Source: a virus (lineage: Duplodnaviria; Caudoviricetes). Taken from it: 44,032 bases of DNA. A model generated the notes under the pieces. That model was not told the DNA's origin, ran no database searches, and saw only the letters and a list, made by a program, of their open reading frames with translations. The stretch is taken from the IMG/VR virus record IMGVR_UViG_3300048574_000459, positions 1 to 44,032 of that record. One strand, 5' to 3'. Each line of letters opens with the position of its first letter. Position 1 is the stretch's first letter. Of this stretch, positions 26,661 to 36,299 are shown piece by piece. The position numbers and the translations under genes are program-made.

Positions 26661-26780
26661 GTTTCCTCCGTCAAAGCGTCGGCCGCCAGACGATCTCTCA
26701 TCCAGGCGGCCATTTGGTCGATCAGGTAGTAGAAGCGGGGCCCGTCCCCCGGCGGTCTCTCCGGCGGCGCGGGCGGGTCG

Positions 26781-27245
26781 TCAGGCGGACTCAAGCGGGC
26801 CTCCTTTCTTCGCATGCAGGTCGGGCATGTCGGCCAGCTGGCCACGGTACTTCTTGCCGGGGGCGTTGCGGTCCCAGAATCCGAGGCCGAAGCCCATGTC
26901 GCGGCCGGTGGCGTACCATATCTGGCCGCAGTGGGTGTAGATGTCGCCGCCGGGCTCAGCCAGGAGAAGCACCTTGCACTTCCGGCAGACGCAGGCGGTG
27001 GTCTTGGGGAGGCCGTCCACCAGCGCCCAGGTCAGGCGGGCGACTTCCTCGGCGAGCGTCTTGAAGCGGCCGAGGTTCCGAACGACCACGCGCGGGCTCG
27101 GTGGCGAGCCTTCCGGCAGGACCTCGGGATCCTTCGCGTGGATCTCTCTCAGACGGGGGATGTCTTCGAAGACGTCGAGCGCGCGCCGCAGCTGGGCGAC
27201 CTTCGCGGCGTGCTCCTCCTGGACGGCGGCCATGGCCTTGCTCAT
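26781..27245 (-). CDS. Hypothetical protein (Cys-containing)
   Basis: ATGA coupling to the upstream gene; CRKC...HCG. Confidence 0.55.
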   Translation of the reverse strand: MSKAMAAVQEEHAAKVAQLRRALDVFEDIPRLREIHAKDPEVLPEGSPPSPRVVVRNLGRFKTLAEEVARLTWALVDGLPKTTACVCRKCKVLLLAEPGGDIYTHCGQIWYATGRDMGFGLGFWDRNAPGKKYRGQLADMPDLHAKKGGPLESA

Positions 27246-28156
27246 CGCCATAGGCCCTCCGGGATGCTCTCGGCCTTGAACCAGGCTTCGTTTGGCCAGT
27301 CGAGGGCGACGGTATAGGCAGGGTCGTGCTGGAGGATGCGGGTGATGGTCTCGTCGAGGGAGCGCGTGACCTCCGCGAAGTTCTTCTCCCAGCGGTCGAA
27401 GAGCTCACGCTTGTCGGCCGGAGGATCACCCGCAGGGAAGTGCTGGGCGGCGATCGCCTCGCCCTTGAACTGGCGCTTGATGAGTTCCTCCACCTGGAGA
27501 CGCATGGTGGCGATCAGGGCGTCGTGGATGGTCTGCCAGAGACGGTAGGCCTGCGCGTACCCCTGGCGATCGCCTACCGCCTTCCTACGCTCCAACTCCT
27601 TGCGGATCTCGCCGAGGTAGAGCGAGTAGACGCGCTCCCATTCGGCGTGGCTCGCATCCTTCTTTCCGCCTGTAATCGAGGCCATCATTGTTTCGTAGTA
27701 GCCTCGGAGCTTGATAAGCCAAGTCGGCGTCTTGCTTTCCTGGATTGTTAAGCTCTGGGATTGGCTGTCTGATTGGACTTCTAGGGTTGTTGTGTTTTGT
27801 CCCTGATTTTCGAGAGGGTTGTTCGATTTCGAGGGTGAATCCGGGGAGGGTGAGTGAAAATCTGGGCTCGGATCAGGGAGGGTAAGTGGCTTCGGAGGTA
27901 AGGTATGAACGCCGTGAGGTTCATTTACCTGGGGGGTGTGATCGAACAACCCTCCCTGATTTGACGGCTTTACATTCACTACCCTGCCGCTGGAAGCCTC
28001 GATTTTACTGTAACCCTCCCTTTGAGACGCTTCCGAGGCGGCATACCCTCCCCCCTTCGAGGGCGTTCCAGCGCTCACCCATGGGGGTATTTCGCCTTCT
28101 GCTGCACCTTTCTCCTCCGCTGGAGCGGCTTGCAGGGAAATTTTTGTGCGAATCAT
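27242..28156 (-). CDS. Hypothetical replication-region protein (low-complexity N-half, helical C-half)
   Basis: AGGAGG SD; 304 aa; start uncertain. Confidence 0.55.
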   Translation of the reverse strand: MIRTKISLQAAPAEEKGAAEGEIPPWVSAGTPSKGGGYAASEASQREGYSKIEASSGRVVNVKPSNQGGLFDHTPQVNEPHGVHTLPPKPLTLPDPSPDFHSPSPDSPSKSNNPLENQGQNTTTLEVQSDSQSQSLTIQESKTPTWLIKLRGYYETMMASITGGKKDASHAEWERVYSLYLGEIRKELERRKAVGDRQGYAQAYRLWQTIHDALIATMRLQVEELIKRQFKGEAIAAQHFPAGDPPADKRELFDRWEKNFAEVTRSLDETITRILQHDPAYTVALDWPNEAWFKAESIPEGLWR

Positions 28157-28210
28157 GCGACCACCTCCTTTCTAAATGGCGTGGTTACTTGGTTAGAGGG
28201 TTGTTTGAAT

Positions 28211-28273
28211 GGTGGACCAAAGGTCGACCAATGCTGGACCAAGCTGGACCAAGCTGGACCAAAGGTCGACCAA
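28211..28273. repeat. Six direct repeats G(G/C)T(G/C)GACCAA at 10-11 bp spacing (iteron-like)
   Basis: ggtggaccaa, ggtcgaccaa, gctggaccaa x3, ggtcgaccaa, right after the primase gene. Confidence 0.85.
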
Positions 28274-28289
28274 TCAGGCGGAAACCCAG

Positions 28290-31103
28290 TTATGACGTGA
28301 GTTTTTGCCTTGCTGACTCAAGCTGCTCTGATACAAGGCGAATGCAGCTCTTATTCGACCTGCTGAGCGGTGGCCGTATCTGTGCATGATCGTCGTTGCC
28401 GAGGACACGTATCCGCTTGAGGTCCTTCACCAGGCCGCGCTCCGTGAGGCGCCAGGTTTCGGGGAGGCCCTTCTCCTCGCGGATGTAGTCGGTCAAGGCC
28501 TTCGCCACCGCCACGGTCGGGAAGAACTCCGAGCCGGGGCGGATGGGTTCGAGCTGACCGGCTTCAAGCATGTCTTGGAGCGCCTGGACGATCGTGAGCT
28601 CGTTGGCCTCCATCATCTCGTTCTGGAGCTTGTCTGCGATCTTCTCGAGCGCCAGCCGGTAGATGGCTTCGTACAGACTGTGCTCGGGTTTGGTGACGCC
28701 TCGGTCTCGGTCGACCAGGGCGGCGATCGCCAGCATCGGTAGCCAGAGCTCGCGCTCGCGGTTCGCGATGCCGTCGATCTTCCCAAAGCCTTCGAAGATT
28801 TCGCTGATCTCCGGGAAGCGCGTTAGCGCCCAGATGTAGCTCATGTCCCGAAGCTCCCTTGCTCGGGCTTGCCATCCTCGGCGAGTCTGGTGGGTGTCGG
28901 ACAAACTCGCCCGACTCTCGGCGTCCGCGCGCTCGGTCCGGATCAAGATGGTCCGGTCCAGCAAGGTAGGGTTCAGCATCTTGATGGAGCCGAACATCTT
29001 GGGACTGAACGCCTCGTAGGCCCGGTTAACGAAATTGCCCTGAGTATCCTTCTCTACGCGGTAGACCTTGGCACCGAGCTTGTAGCCCGAGAGCAGGATG
29101 CTCATCTGGTCCTGGGTCTCCTCGGTGACCTTTTCGAGGCCCTCCGACTCATCCAGGAGCCAGGTACAGCCACAAGCTTCGATTGCTCGGAAGATCGAGG
29201 CCGCCCTGTTGCTCGCGGATTCGAGCGCGTTGAACGCCAGCCATGCAGCCATGGTCATGAGGTTCGTCTTGCCCGAGTGCTTCACGCCGTTGAGGGTGAG
29301 GTAGGGGTAGGCTCCGAAGAGCCGGGCCATGTAGGTCCCCATGGTCCACACGGTTAGAAGCGATGTGTCGTGGATCTGTCGGGTCCAGACGTAATCACGT
29401 ACCAACCCGAAGATGCCGTCGAAGAGCTCGTGGGTGCCGATCCTTCCCACCTTGCCGCCGGTGAAGTTGCTCACCGAGTAGCGATGGGATGGGTGAAGCC
29501 TCCACAAGCCGGTGATGGTGTCGTAGTCGGGGATCCTCCTCATTACCGAGGATGGGAGCTTGGCCTCGGCTACCTTCTGGCAGATGACCTCCACGCCCTC
29601 CGGGGTGATGGTGCTAGTGATCAGATGGGGGATGGGTTGCACGACAACCTCCTTCTCCATGGCGTCGTTCACCTGGACCGAGCGGATCGGCAGGTAGACG
29701 GTGGTGTAGGCGGTGGGGGTGTCATCGAAGTCGAAGTCCATCGCCGGCGCGAAGGTCTTCGACTCCTCCCAGACGATCTCCTCCTTCTCATCCTCCCGAG
29801 GGGAGGTCTCGCGGGCGAGCTGCTGGGTGATGGCCTTCAGCTCCTTGTCCACGGCGCTCGCCTTCAAGCCGAACTTCGTGCGCAGCTCCTGGACGTAGGG
29901 ATCCTGTTGAGTCGGTGGCCGCTTGGCGATCCGGCGTAGGATCTTGCTGATGGTGCGGCCGCGCTCGACGCCGGAGAGGTCCGCCGGCGCGGCCGCGATC
30001 ATGGCGCTGATCAGGGGCTTGGCTTCCTGGATCAGCGCCATGAAGTCTTCCCGGGTGTGGGTCTGCGCGAACTCGTTGAGGTCCTTCACGCCGTCGGGGA
30101 GCTGGACGATGTAGGGGATCCCCTCCGCCATGCGGTCGTCGAGGAACTCCCCGGCGTCGAGGGCGCCATCGCGGCCGGCCTTGTCCGTGTCCCAGCAGAG
30201 GTAGACGGCATCGGCATTGGCGAACTTGGGGGCATGGTGCTTCTTGATCCCCGAGGTGCCGAGGTTGCCGCAGGCGTTGATTCTCCAGCCCATGAGGGTC
30301 AGAGTGTCGGGGATCCCTTCGCAGATGTAGGCGACCTTCGCGCGGCTGGCGTCCTCGTTGTACATCCACTTCATGGGGGAGCTCAGGTGGAGGTACTTGG
30401 GGACCTCATCCTTCGGAGGGTCGATGGTGCGGCCGGACATATGGACCACGCGGCCGCGGGCGATGACCGGGAAGACGATCCGGCGGTAGAGGGCGTCGCG
30501 GTGGCCCGTGACCTTTCCGCTTTCCTTGTCCTTCTTCTCCTTGACCACGCCCGCGGCGATGAAGTCCTCCAGCGCCAAGCCGTTGAGCTTCTCGGGGTTG
30601 GTGCTCGTCAGGATGGACTTGATCCGCTTTACCAGGTTGCCGTCCGCATACCCGACGCGCTGTCGCTGGATCAGTTCGAGCGTGAAGCCGCGGTCGAAGA
30701 GCTGGCTCACCGGGGAGCCCTCCTGGTGGAGGCGGTCCTCGTAGAACCGGGTCGCGAACTCCAGGGCGGCGATGCGCTTTTGCTCCTTGTCGAGCTGCGC
30801 CTCCTCCTCGGGGGAGAATCGGTCGAGAGTGATATTGATCCTAGGTGCGAGCTCGCGGATGGCGTCGATGGGTTTCGCCAGGTTATTCATCACCTGGTGG
30901 AGGCCGATGACATCTTCTGTCCGCCGGCAGACCCAGCAGAAGACGGTGTTGTTTGGGTAGACGGATAGGTTCGGCGTGTTCCGGTCGTTGTGCCCGGGGA
31001 ACACGCAAGAAACCTTGTGCTCATGGTCGAGGAAATCGCAGCCGAGCAGTTCTTCGACCCGGATACGGTCTTTGATGGCTTCTTTGGCTTGGTTCAGGTT
31101 CAT
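28290..31103 (-). CDS. DnaG-type primase fused to a P-loop NTPase/helicase-like domain
   Basis: CxxxxH...CxxC zinc finger, PKYL, ICEGIPD, WDTDKAG and KDLNE; C-half GVKHSGKT and LLDESE. Confidence 0.88.
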   Translation of the reverse strand: MNLNQAKEAIKDRIRVEELLGCDFLDHEHKVSCVFPGHNDRNTPNLSVYPNNTVFCWVCRRTEDVIGLHQVMNNLAKPIDAIRELAPRINITLDRFSPEEEAQLDKEQKRIAALEFATRFYEDRLHQEGSPVSQLFDRGFTLELIQRQRVGYADGNLVKRIKSILTSTNPEKLNGLALEDFIAAGVVKEKKDKESGKVTGHRDALYRRIVFPVIARGRVVHMSGRTIDPPKDEVPKYLHLSSPMKWMYNEDASRAKVAYICEGIPDTLTLMGWRINACGNLGTSGIKKHHAPKFANADAVYLCWDTDKAGRDGALDAGEFLDDRMAEGIPYIVQLPDGVKDLNEFAQTHTREDFMALIQEAKPLISAMIAAAPADLSGVERGRTISKILRRIAKRPPTQQDPYVQELRTKFGLKASAVDKELKAITQQLARETSPREDEKEEIVWEESKTFAPAMDFDFDDTPTAYTTVYLPIRSVQVNDAMEKEVVVQPIPHLITSTITPEGVEVICQKVAEAKLPSSVMRRIPDYDTITGLWRLHPSHRYSVSNFTGGKVGRIGTHELFDGIFGLVRDYVWTRQIHDTSLLTVWTMGTYMARLFGAYPYLTLNGVKHSGKTNLMTMAAWLAFNALESASNRAASIFRAIEACGCTWLLDESEGLEKVTEETQDQMSILLSGYKLGAKVYRVEKDTQGNFVNRAYEAFSPKMFGSIKMLNPTLLDRTILIRTERADAESRASLSDTHQTRRGWQARARELRDMSYIWALTRFPEISEIFEGFGKIDGIANRERELWLPMLAIAALVDRDRGVTKPEHSLYEAIYRLALEKIADKLQNEMMEANELTIVQALQDMLEAGQLEPIRPGSEFFPTVAVAKALTDYIREEKGLPETWRLTERGLVKDLKRIRVLGNDDHAQIRPPLSRSNKSCIRLVSEQLESARQKLTS

Positions 31104-31127
31104 TGCGTTCTCCGGTGGGCAGCACGA

Positions 31128-31150
31128 AAACAGCCAAGCCGTAGCCTAGC
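31128..31150 (-). terminator. Terminator-like hairpin upstream of the primase
   Basis: AGCTAGGC-TACG-GCTTGGCT followed by GTTTT. Confidence 0.55.
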
Positions 31151-31171
31151 TTCGGGACGGTCAACGGGGAT

Positions 31172-31219
31172 GGCCGCCGCAGGGGATTCGATCCCCCGGC
31201 TCACGCTTGGGCGGCGGTC
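31172..31219 (-). ncRNA. tRNA-top-half-like RNA motif, copy A
   Basis: Closing stem CCGCCGC/GCGGCGG, GC-GUGA-GC hairpin, GGGGG ATCGAAT CCCCT arm. Confidence 0.55.
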
Positions 31220-31234
31220 GGGTAGGTTAGTAGA

Positions 31235-31495
31235 TCAGGGGGTAGACCCGTTGGGGAAAATGAACTCCGCGAGGCTCAAAACCCACTCGCTGCCCAGCTC
31301 ATCCAGGCGATTGGCGATATGGAGTAGCTGCACGTCTCCACGCCTATCTCCCCACGCGCTGAAAATCAGGGCAAGGGTGTTGATGACCTCGGCCTGGAAA
31401 TCTCCGTCCGCTACTGAAAGCAGGAAGGCGACCTCTTGGGCGTTAGGCTGGTACTTCACGTCTGGAACCGGAATTGAGATGCTCGGTTTTTCCAT
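31235..31495 (-). CDS. Hypothetical protein
   Basis: 86-aa ORF in operon context. Confidence 0.55.
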   Translation of the reverse strand: MEKPSISIPVPDVKYQPNAQEVAFLLSVADGDFQAEVINTLALIFSAWGDRRGDVQLLHIANRLDELGSEWVLSLAEFIFPNGSTP

Positions 31496-31503
31496 TCCGC
31501 CCC

Positions 31504-32982
31504 CTATGCGCTCTCGCCGAGCTCGGCGTTCAGGGCCGCCAGTTGCGCGAGCAACTCCTCCCGCTTCCGGCGCTTCTCACCCATCTCCATTTCGTCGGCG
31601 ATCGCCGCGCGCACCTGGTCAAGCTCCTGCTGGAGGGCCTGGATCGTCTCCTCCAGCTCGGCCTCCCGCACGCGCAGCGCCTCCAAGCCGCCCGAAGTCG
31701 GGAAGGTCAGAAGCGTCGGCGCGGCGGCCGCAGCGGGCGCAGTCGAGGGAGCGTCCGGGGTGGGGGGAGTATCGGACGGGACGGCCGTTGGTCCGGCTGA
31801 CGGTGCCGAGGTGCTGGGTGCCGTCGAAGGTGACGACCCAGTCTCGGCGGTCGCCGGGGTGTCGTGGGGGGACTCGGAAGGCGGCGCGGTTGCCGCAGAC
31901 GCAGGTCGGCACAGCTCTTTCTCCTTCTGCGTGAGGGTGATGTACTTTTCGAGGATGAAGTCACGGATCCAGGCCTCGACCGGGTATGCGCGCTCTATCC
32001 CGGACGGGTCGTCGAGAGTCTTGTAGGTGACCTTGGCGGCGAGTCCGAAGCCTTCGACGGCGAGCACGCGGACCCGGACGCCCTCTGAGCCCTTAGCGGT
32101 CGCCCGCCAGACCGTAGCGGGCCACTCGTCGAGCGGCGGGTGATACCACGGCGCGGTGTCCGTGCGCGGGGTCGCCTCCGACAGGGGCGTGGGATCCTGG
32201 GCCTCCAGGTGCTCGGCCAGTGAGGCGCCAACCTGGGTCTCCTCCTCGGAGGGCGTCGAGATGCGCTTCGCATTCTCCCGCTTTTCGATACACGAGACGC
32301 ACGTATCATCCTCGTGGTAGAAGCTTGAGAAGACCATCTCGCAAAGGATGCATTTCGTGGTCTTCGCGAGCTTCTGCATCACGCGCTCACCCGAGCCCGC
32401 GCCGGCCACTGGTGAGGTAGCGGTGGGCGGCGTAGGGTCCGCCTTCAGCAGCGGCACCTCCTCGGCCGTAACCTCTCCCTGGGCGACGATGACGGTCGAG
32501 GCCTGCGAGGCCTTGCCGATCTCGCCATCCTTGACGAGCTGCAGGACCTGGCCGATGGATTCCATGCTCCAGTCGATGGGGTCGGGCACGCGGTTCTTCC
32601 GTATCAGGGCGAAGAGGTCGCTCACCTGGTAGCCTCGCTCATTCAAGAGCACCCGCAGCTCCCGGATGGGGCCGCGCTCGCTCGGCTCGAAGCGCCTGGC
32701 GGTACAGGCGAGAAGGAAATCGATGCCCGAGAGCGTCGGGAGGCCGAGCCTGTTCGCTTTGCCGCGCTTCAGGACTTCCTCCCTGACGTGGGCGATCATC
32801 TTGGCGCCCTTCAGGGTATCGGTACCGACGACCTCAGCCATTGCGGCCTGGAGGTCGCCCTGGGTGACGGGGACGGGGAGGGACTCGCAGGCGGCGATCA
32901 GCTCGTCGACCTGCGCCTTCTCGGTCTTGGTGGTCCCGGCTCGCGCCAGGATGTAGTTTTTCGTGTCGGGGGTCAGACTCAC
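31504..32982 (-). CDS. Hypothetical multidomain protein (central CxxC...CxxC, C-terminal coiled coil)
   Basis: AAGGAG SD, GTG start, 492 aa. Confidence 0.65.
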   Translation of the reverse strand: MSLTPDTKNYILARAGTTKTEKAQVDELIAACESLPVPVTQGDLQAAMAEVVGTDTLKGAKMIAHVREEVLKRGKANRLGLPTLSGIDFLLACTARRFEPSERGPIRELRVLLNERGYQVSDLFALIRKNRVPDPIDWSMESIGQVLQLVKDGEIGKASQASTVIVAQGEVTAEEVPLLKADPTPPTATSPVAGAGSGERVMQKLAKTTKCILCEMVFSSFYHEDDTCVSCIEKRENAKRISTPSEEETQVGASLAEHLEAQDPTPLSEATPRTDTAPWYHPPLDEWPATVWRATAKGSEGVRVRVLAVEGFGLAAKVTYKTLDDPSGIERAYPVEAWIRDFILEKYITLTQKEKELCRPASAATAPPSESPHDTPATAETGSSPSTAPSTSAPSAGPTAVPSDTPPTPDAPSTAPAAAAAPTLLTFPTSGGLEALRVREAELEETIQALQQELDQVRAAIADEMEMGEKRRKREELLAQLAALNAELGESA

Positions 32983-33003
32983 GCGGGGCTCCTTTCAAGC
33001 TGT

Positions 33004-33114
33004 CTAGTTGCAGCGCTTATCAGTGCAGGTGCAAGGAATCCACTTGCCGCGGAGGTCGGTGAAGCCTCCAATGCAGCCGGAATGATGCCCGTGCTCGCAG
33101 TATCCGCATTTCAT
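33004..33114 (-). CDS. 36-aa Cys/His-rich peptide; absent from the ORF track
   Basis: TAATG coupling to DinG; MKCGYCEHGHHSGCIGGFTDLRGKWIPCTCTDKRCN*. Confidence 0.6.
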   Translation of the reverse strand: MKCGYCEHGHHSGCIGGFTDLRGKWIPCTCTDKRCN

Positions 33115-35030
33115 TAGGCGGGGCTCCTTTCGTCGGCCAGGTAGGCCGAGACGTCGATCTCGTCGAGGGAGGTGACGAGTCGCGCAGGGGGAAGGCTGTT
33201 GATGATGGTGCGGCCGTACTTGGCGGTATGCAGGCGGGAGTCGAGGATCGCGACGATCCCACGGTCCCGCTGCGTCCGGATCAAGCGACCAAATCCTTGC
33301 TTGAGGCGGATGATGGCCTCAGGAACTGACAAGACCTGGAAGGCGGACCGTGGGCGGCGGATCCGCTTCTCCTTGGCCTGGAAGATGGGGTCGCTCGGGT
33401 TGGGGAAGGGCACCTTGTCGATGGTCACGAGCTGCAGCTGCTCGCCCTCGATGCTCACCCCCTCCCAGAAGGAGGCGGTGGCGAAGAGGACGGGGCGCGC
33501 CGTGGTCTTGAACCACTCGATGAGCGGGCCCTTTGGCATGTCCCCCTGCATCTTGCTCGGGAACTTGATGCGGGGAGCGATCGCCAGGTAGGCCTTCTGC
33601 ATGGCCGCGTTGCTGGTGAAGAGGCAGAAGGCGCGGCCGCCTGACAGCTCGACCAGGTCCTTGATCTCGTCCAGGATGGCATCCTGGTAGCGCTTGGCCG
33701 CGAGCTCGTCGCGCCCCTTCGGCGGGTCCGGGATATGCCGGGGGATGTAGAGGGCCGAGCGCTCTTCGTAGTCGAAGGGCGAGCCGACGATCATCTCCTG
33801 GCCGGGCTTGGTCTCCACGCCCATGTTCGACTTGAAGTAGTCGAAGTCACCGCCGGTGGAGATGGTAGCCGATGTCAGGATCACGGATTTTCCCTGGTTG
33901 AAGAGCAGGCTCCCGAGGATGGGGGCCACGCTCACCGGCGCCGTCTTGAGCGTCATCTTAGACTCGCCGTCGACGAAGCGCCGCTCCAGCCAGCAGACCG
34001 TGTTGTCCCGGTACTTCGAGGACATCTCGGTCAGGGCGTCGGCGAGCTTCCCGAGACGTTCGGTCAGCTTGCTGTGCTGGTCGTTCTCCTTGACCGCCCG
34101 CCGGTTGATGAAGTGCTCGGCACGCTCAAGCTGTTCGAGGACGTCGAGGACCTCGTCCGAGCAGTCCAGGAGCGAGATGACGAAGTCATCCTTGGCGCGG
34201 GGGTTCAGTTGGGCGACCCGGCTGAAGAGGGCGCCGAAGGCCTGCAGCAGGTTCGGGCCGATGGGTTTCTCGCCGTCGAGCGCCGCGGCCTCGAAGCCCT
34301 TGAACTCGCGTTCGATGTCCTTGACCAGACGCCGCACCTGGGTTCCTTTGATCTCCTTGGTGAAGGCGTCTTGAATCGACTTCTCCAGCTGGTGGGCCTC
34401 GTCCACGATCAGGACGTCGTAGTCGTCGAGGAGGATGCCGCCGAGCAAGAGGTCCATGGCCAGCGTCGCGTGGTTGGTGACGATGATCTCGCAGTCCTTG
34501 GTCTTGTCCTTGGCCTGGTAGTAGTGGCAGTCGAGGCGGTAGGCGCACTTCTTGCCGGGGCAGCGGTCGCCGTCCGAGCGGACCTCGGCCCAGTCGGATC
34601 GAGACGGCTCGAAGTCGAGCTCTTCTCGGTCGCCGGTCTGGGTGACTTTCCCCCAGGAGAAGAGCCGCGCATCGATGGGCCCGGCCTCGGCGAATCGCTT
34701 CTGACAGAGGAAGTTGCCCCTCCCCTTGCGGAGGCCCGCGGTGAAGCGGATCCCCCAGCGGTCGTACAAGGTCTCCCGCAGGAAGGGGATGTCTCCCTGG
34801 AAGAGCTGGGACTGCAGCGCAATCGTCGCCGTAGCGATGACGATGCGCTTCCCGGAAAGGATCGCGGGGACCAGGTAACCGAAGCTCTTTCCGGTCCCGG
34901 TCCCCGCCTCGATGATGGCGTGGATATTCTCTTTGATCGCCTTCTCGATGATCTCGGCCATCTGGAGCTGGGGGTCGCGGACCTCCCGGGCGATTCCTCC
35001 AGGGCCGAGCACGTCTCGGCTCGTTAACAT
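33114..35030 (-). CDS. DinG/YoaA-family helicase
   Basis: EAGTGTGKS, KGRGNFLC, Fe-S Cys residues, VDEAH, TSAT, SPFDY, FWEGV and QGFGRLIR motifs. Confidence 0.93.
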   Translation of the reverse strand: MLTSRDVLGPGGIAREVRDPQLQMAEIIEKAIKENIHAIIEAGTGTGKSFGYLVPAILSGKRIVIATATIALQSQLFQGDIPFLRETLYDRWGIRFTAGLRKGRGNFLCQKRFAEAGPIDARLFSWGKVTQTGDREELDFEPSRSDWAEVRSDGDRCPGKKCAYRLDCHYYQAKDKTKDCEIIVTNHATLAMDLLLGGILLDDYDVLIVDEAHQLEKSIQDAFTKEIKGTQVRRLVKDIEREFKGFEAAALDGEKPIGPNLLQAFGALFSRVAQLNPRAKDDFVISLLDCSDEVLDVLEQLERAEHFINRRAVKENDQHSKLTERLGKLADALTEMSSKYRDNTVCWLERRFVDGESKMTLKTAPVSVAPILGSLLFNQGKSVILTSATISTGGDFDYFKSNMGVETKPGQEMIVGSPFDYEERSALYIPRHIPDPPKGRDELAAKRYQDAILDEIKDLVELSGGRAFCLFTSNAAMQKAYLAIAPRIKFPSKMQGDMPKGPLIEWFKTTARPVLFATASFWEGVSIEGEQLQLVTIDKVPFPNPSDPIFQAKEKRIRRPRSAFQVLSVPEAIIRLKQGFGRLIRTQRDRGIVAILDSRLHTAKYGRTIINSLPPARLVTSLDEIDVSAYLADERSPA

Positions 35031-35127
35031 TGCATGGGGTCTCCTTCCTGTGGCATAATCGCCGCAGGCTCTTACGCGGGGCCTGGAACTTGCCGGCGAG
35101 GTGGTCAGACCTCGCCGGCTCTTCGTT

Positions 35128-35970
35128 TTAGAACAGGTCGGTTTGCGCCGGAGGCGCGGCGGGCGGCGTGGTGGCCGTGGTGTCGATGACATCCCCAGCC
35201 TGCGCTTCCGAGTAGCCTTCGGTCGGGACCTCGATCCCGTTGGCCGCGGCGGCCGCCAAGTCGTCGTAGGCCTTCCCGAACGTCTTGAGCCAATCCAATA
35301 CCTCGGCGCGCTCCTCGGGGGTGGTGGGCTGGTCCATCAGGGCCTGGAAGCCAAGCACGAAGTAGCTCCCCTTCTTGTTGCTCTCCCCCTTGATCAGGAT
35401 CTTGGTCTTGACTGAGGAAAGCGGGGCCTTGCGCATGACGAAGCTCTGGACGTACTTGTCGGCGGGCTTTGCACTCATGCCGTGGCAGTTGATGCTCCGG
35501 ACCTCGTCGGTCGGCATCTTGACCGTGAAGCGGTAGGATGCGGGGCAGTCGAGTACTCCGTCTTTCCACTTGCTGTGAGGGCAGATAGCGCAGGCGACCT
35601 TCTCGGCCGGAACGCCCAACTCCTGCGACCTGGCGTTGACAAACTCCGCGTCGGGGCGGCGGCCGTCGCGGGACCGGCAGTGGTAGATAGGGTTTCCGTT
35701 GGCGTCCAAGCGGTTGTCGTAGTCCGGCGTCCAGTTGCGGGTGGTGTTGACCTTCATCACCGTGACCTGCAGCTCACCGTCGCCGTAGTTCTGGCCGGTC
35801 GCCCGGTCGAAGAGCTTGCCGAGCTGGCTGCCCTGCAGGTCCTGCAGTTGCTTGGTCGAGTTGATGAGCGTCAGGAAATCGACGCTCGGCGCGCTGCTGG
35901 GGACGTAGCCCTCGATACCGAGGCTCGCTAGCTCGTCATCGTAGAGCGCCACTTGGGTTTCCTGGGTCAT
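35128..35970 (-). CDS. Putative phage ssDNA-binding/recombination protein
   Basis: CRS.DG..P...C..CP...W...C motif and acidic tail ending QTDLF; next to the helicase. Confidence 0.55.
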   Translation of the reverse strand: MTQETQVALYDDELASLGIEGYVPSSAPSVDFLTLINSTKQLQDLQGSQLGKLFDRATGQNYGDGELQVTVMKVNTTRNWTPDYDNRLDANGNPIYHCRSRDGRRPDAEFVNARSQELGVPAEKVACAICPHSKWKDGVLDCPASYRFTVKMPTDEVRSINCHGMSAKPADKYVQSFVMRKAPLSSVKTKILIKGESNKKGSYFVLGFQALMDQPTTPEERAEVLDWLKTFGKAYDDLAAAAANGIEVPTEGYSEAQAGDVIDTTATTPPAAPPAQTDLF

Positions 35971-35981
35971 GACCTTCCTCC

Positions 35982-36299
35982 TTACGCACGGCGCCTAGCG
36001 CCGTGCCTGTTGATCGTGCCGTAGCCGTAGCCGTAGCCGTTGCCGTAGCCGTAGCCGTTGCCGTCGCCGTCGCCGTAGCCGTCGCCGTAGCCGTAGCCGT
36101 AGCCGTTGCCGTAGCCGTAGCCGTAGCCGTTGCCGTTGCCGTTGCCGTCGCCGTAGCCGTCGCCGTTGCCGTAGCCGTAGCCGTTGCCGTCGCCGTCGCC
36201 GTAGCCGTCGCCGTTGCCGTAGCCGTAGCCGTTGCCGTCGCCGTAGCCGTTGCCGTCGCCGTAGCCTACCGGGCGAAAGGCCTGAAGGGCGGCGGCCAC
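35982..36299 (-). CDS. Gly-X (GY/GD/GN) repeat protein
   Basis: Coupled to the upstream gene (TAGTG); about 41 GX dipeptides. Confidence 0.65.
   Translation of the reverse strand: MAAALQAFRPVGYGDGNGYGDGNGYGYGNGDGYGDGDGNGYGYGNGDGYGDGNGNGNGYGYGYGNGYGYGYGDGYGDGDGNGYGYGNGYGYGYGTINRHGARRRA
36018..36266. repeat. Hexamer repeat (GCCGT[A/C/T])n, about 41 units
   Basis: Seen directly in the sequence. Confidence 0.95.

Noticed and set aside
28211-28273. Mini-CRISPR
   Set aside because: The 10-11 bp units are contiguous, with no spacers.
35051-35058. TGGCATAA resembling the repressor operator upstream of DinG
   Set aside because: Only a half-site, with no matching partner at N6 spacing.
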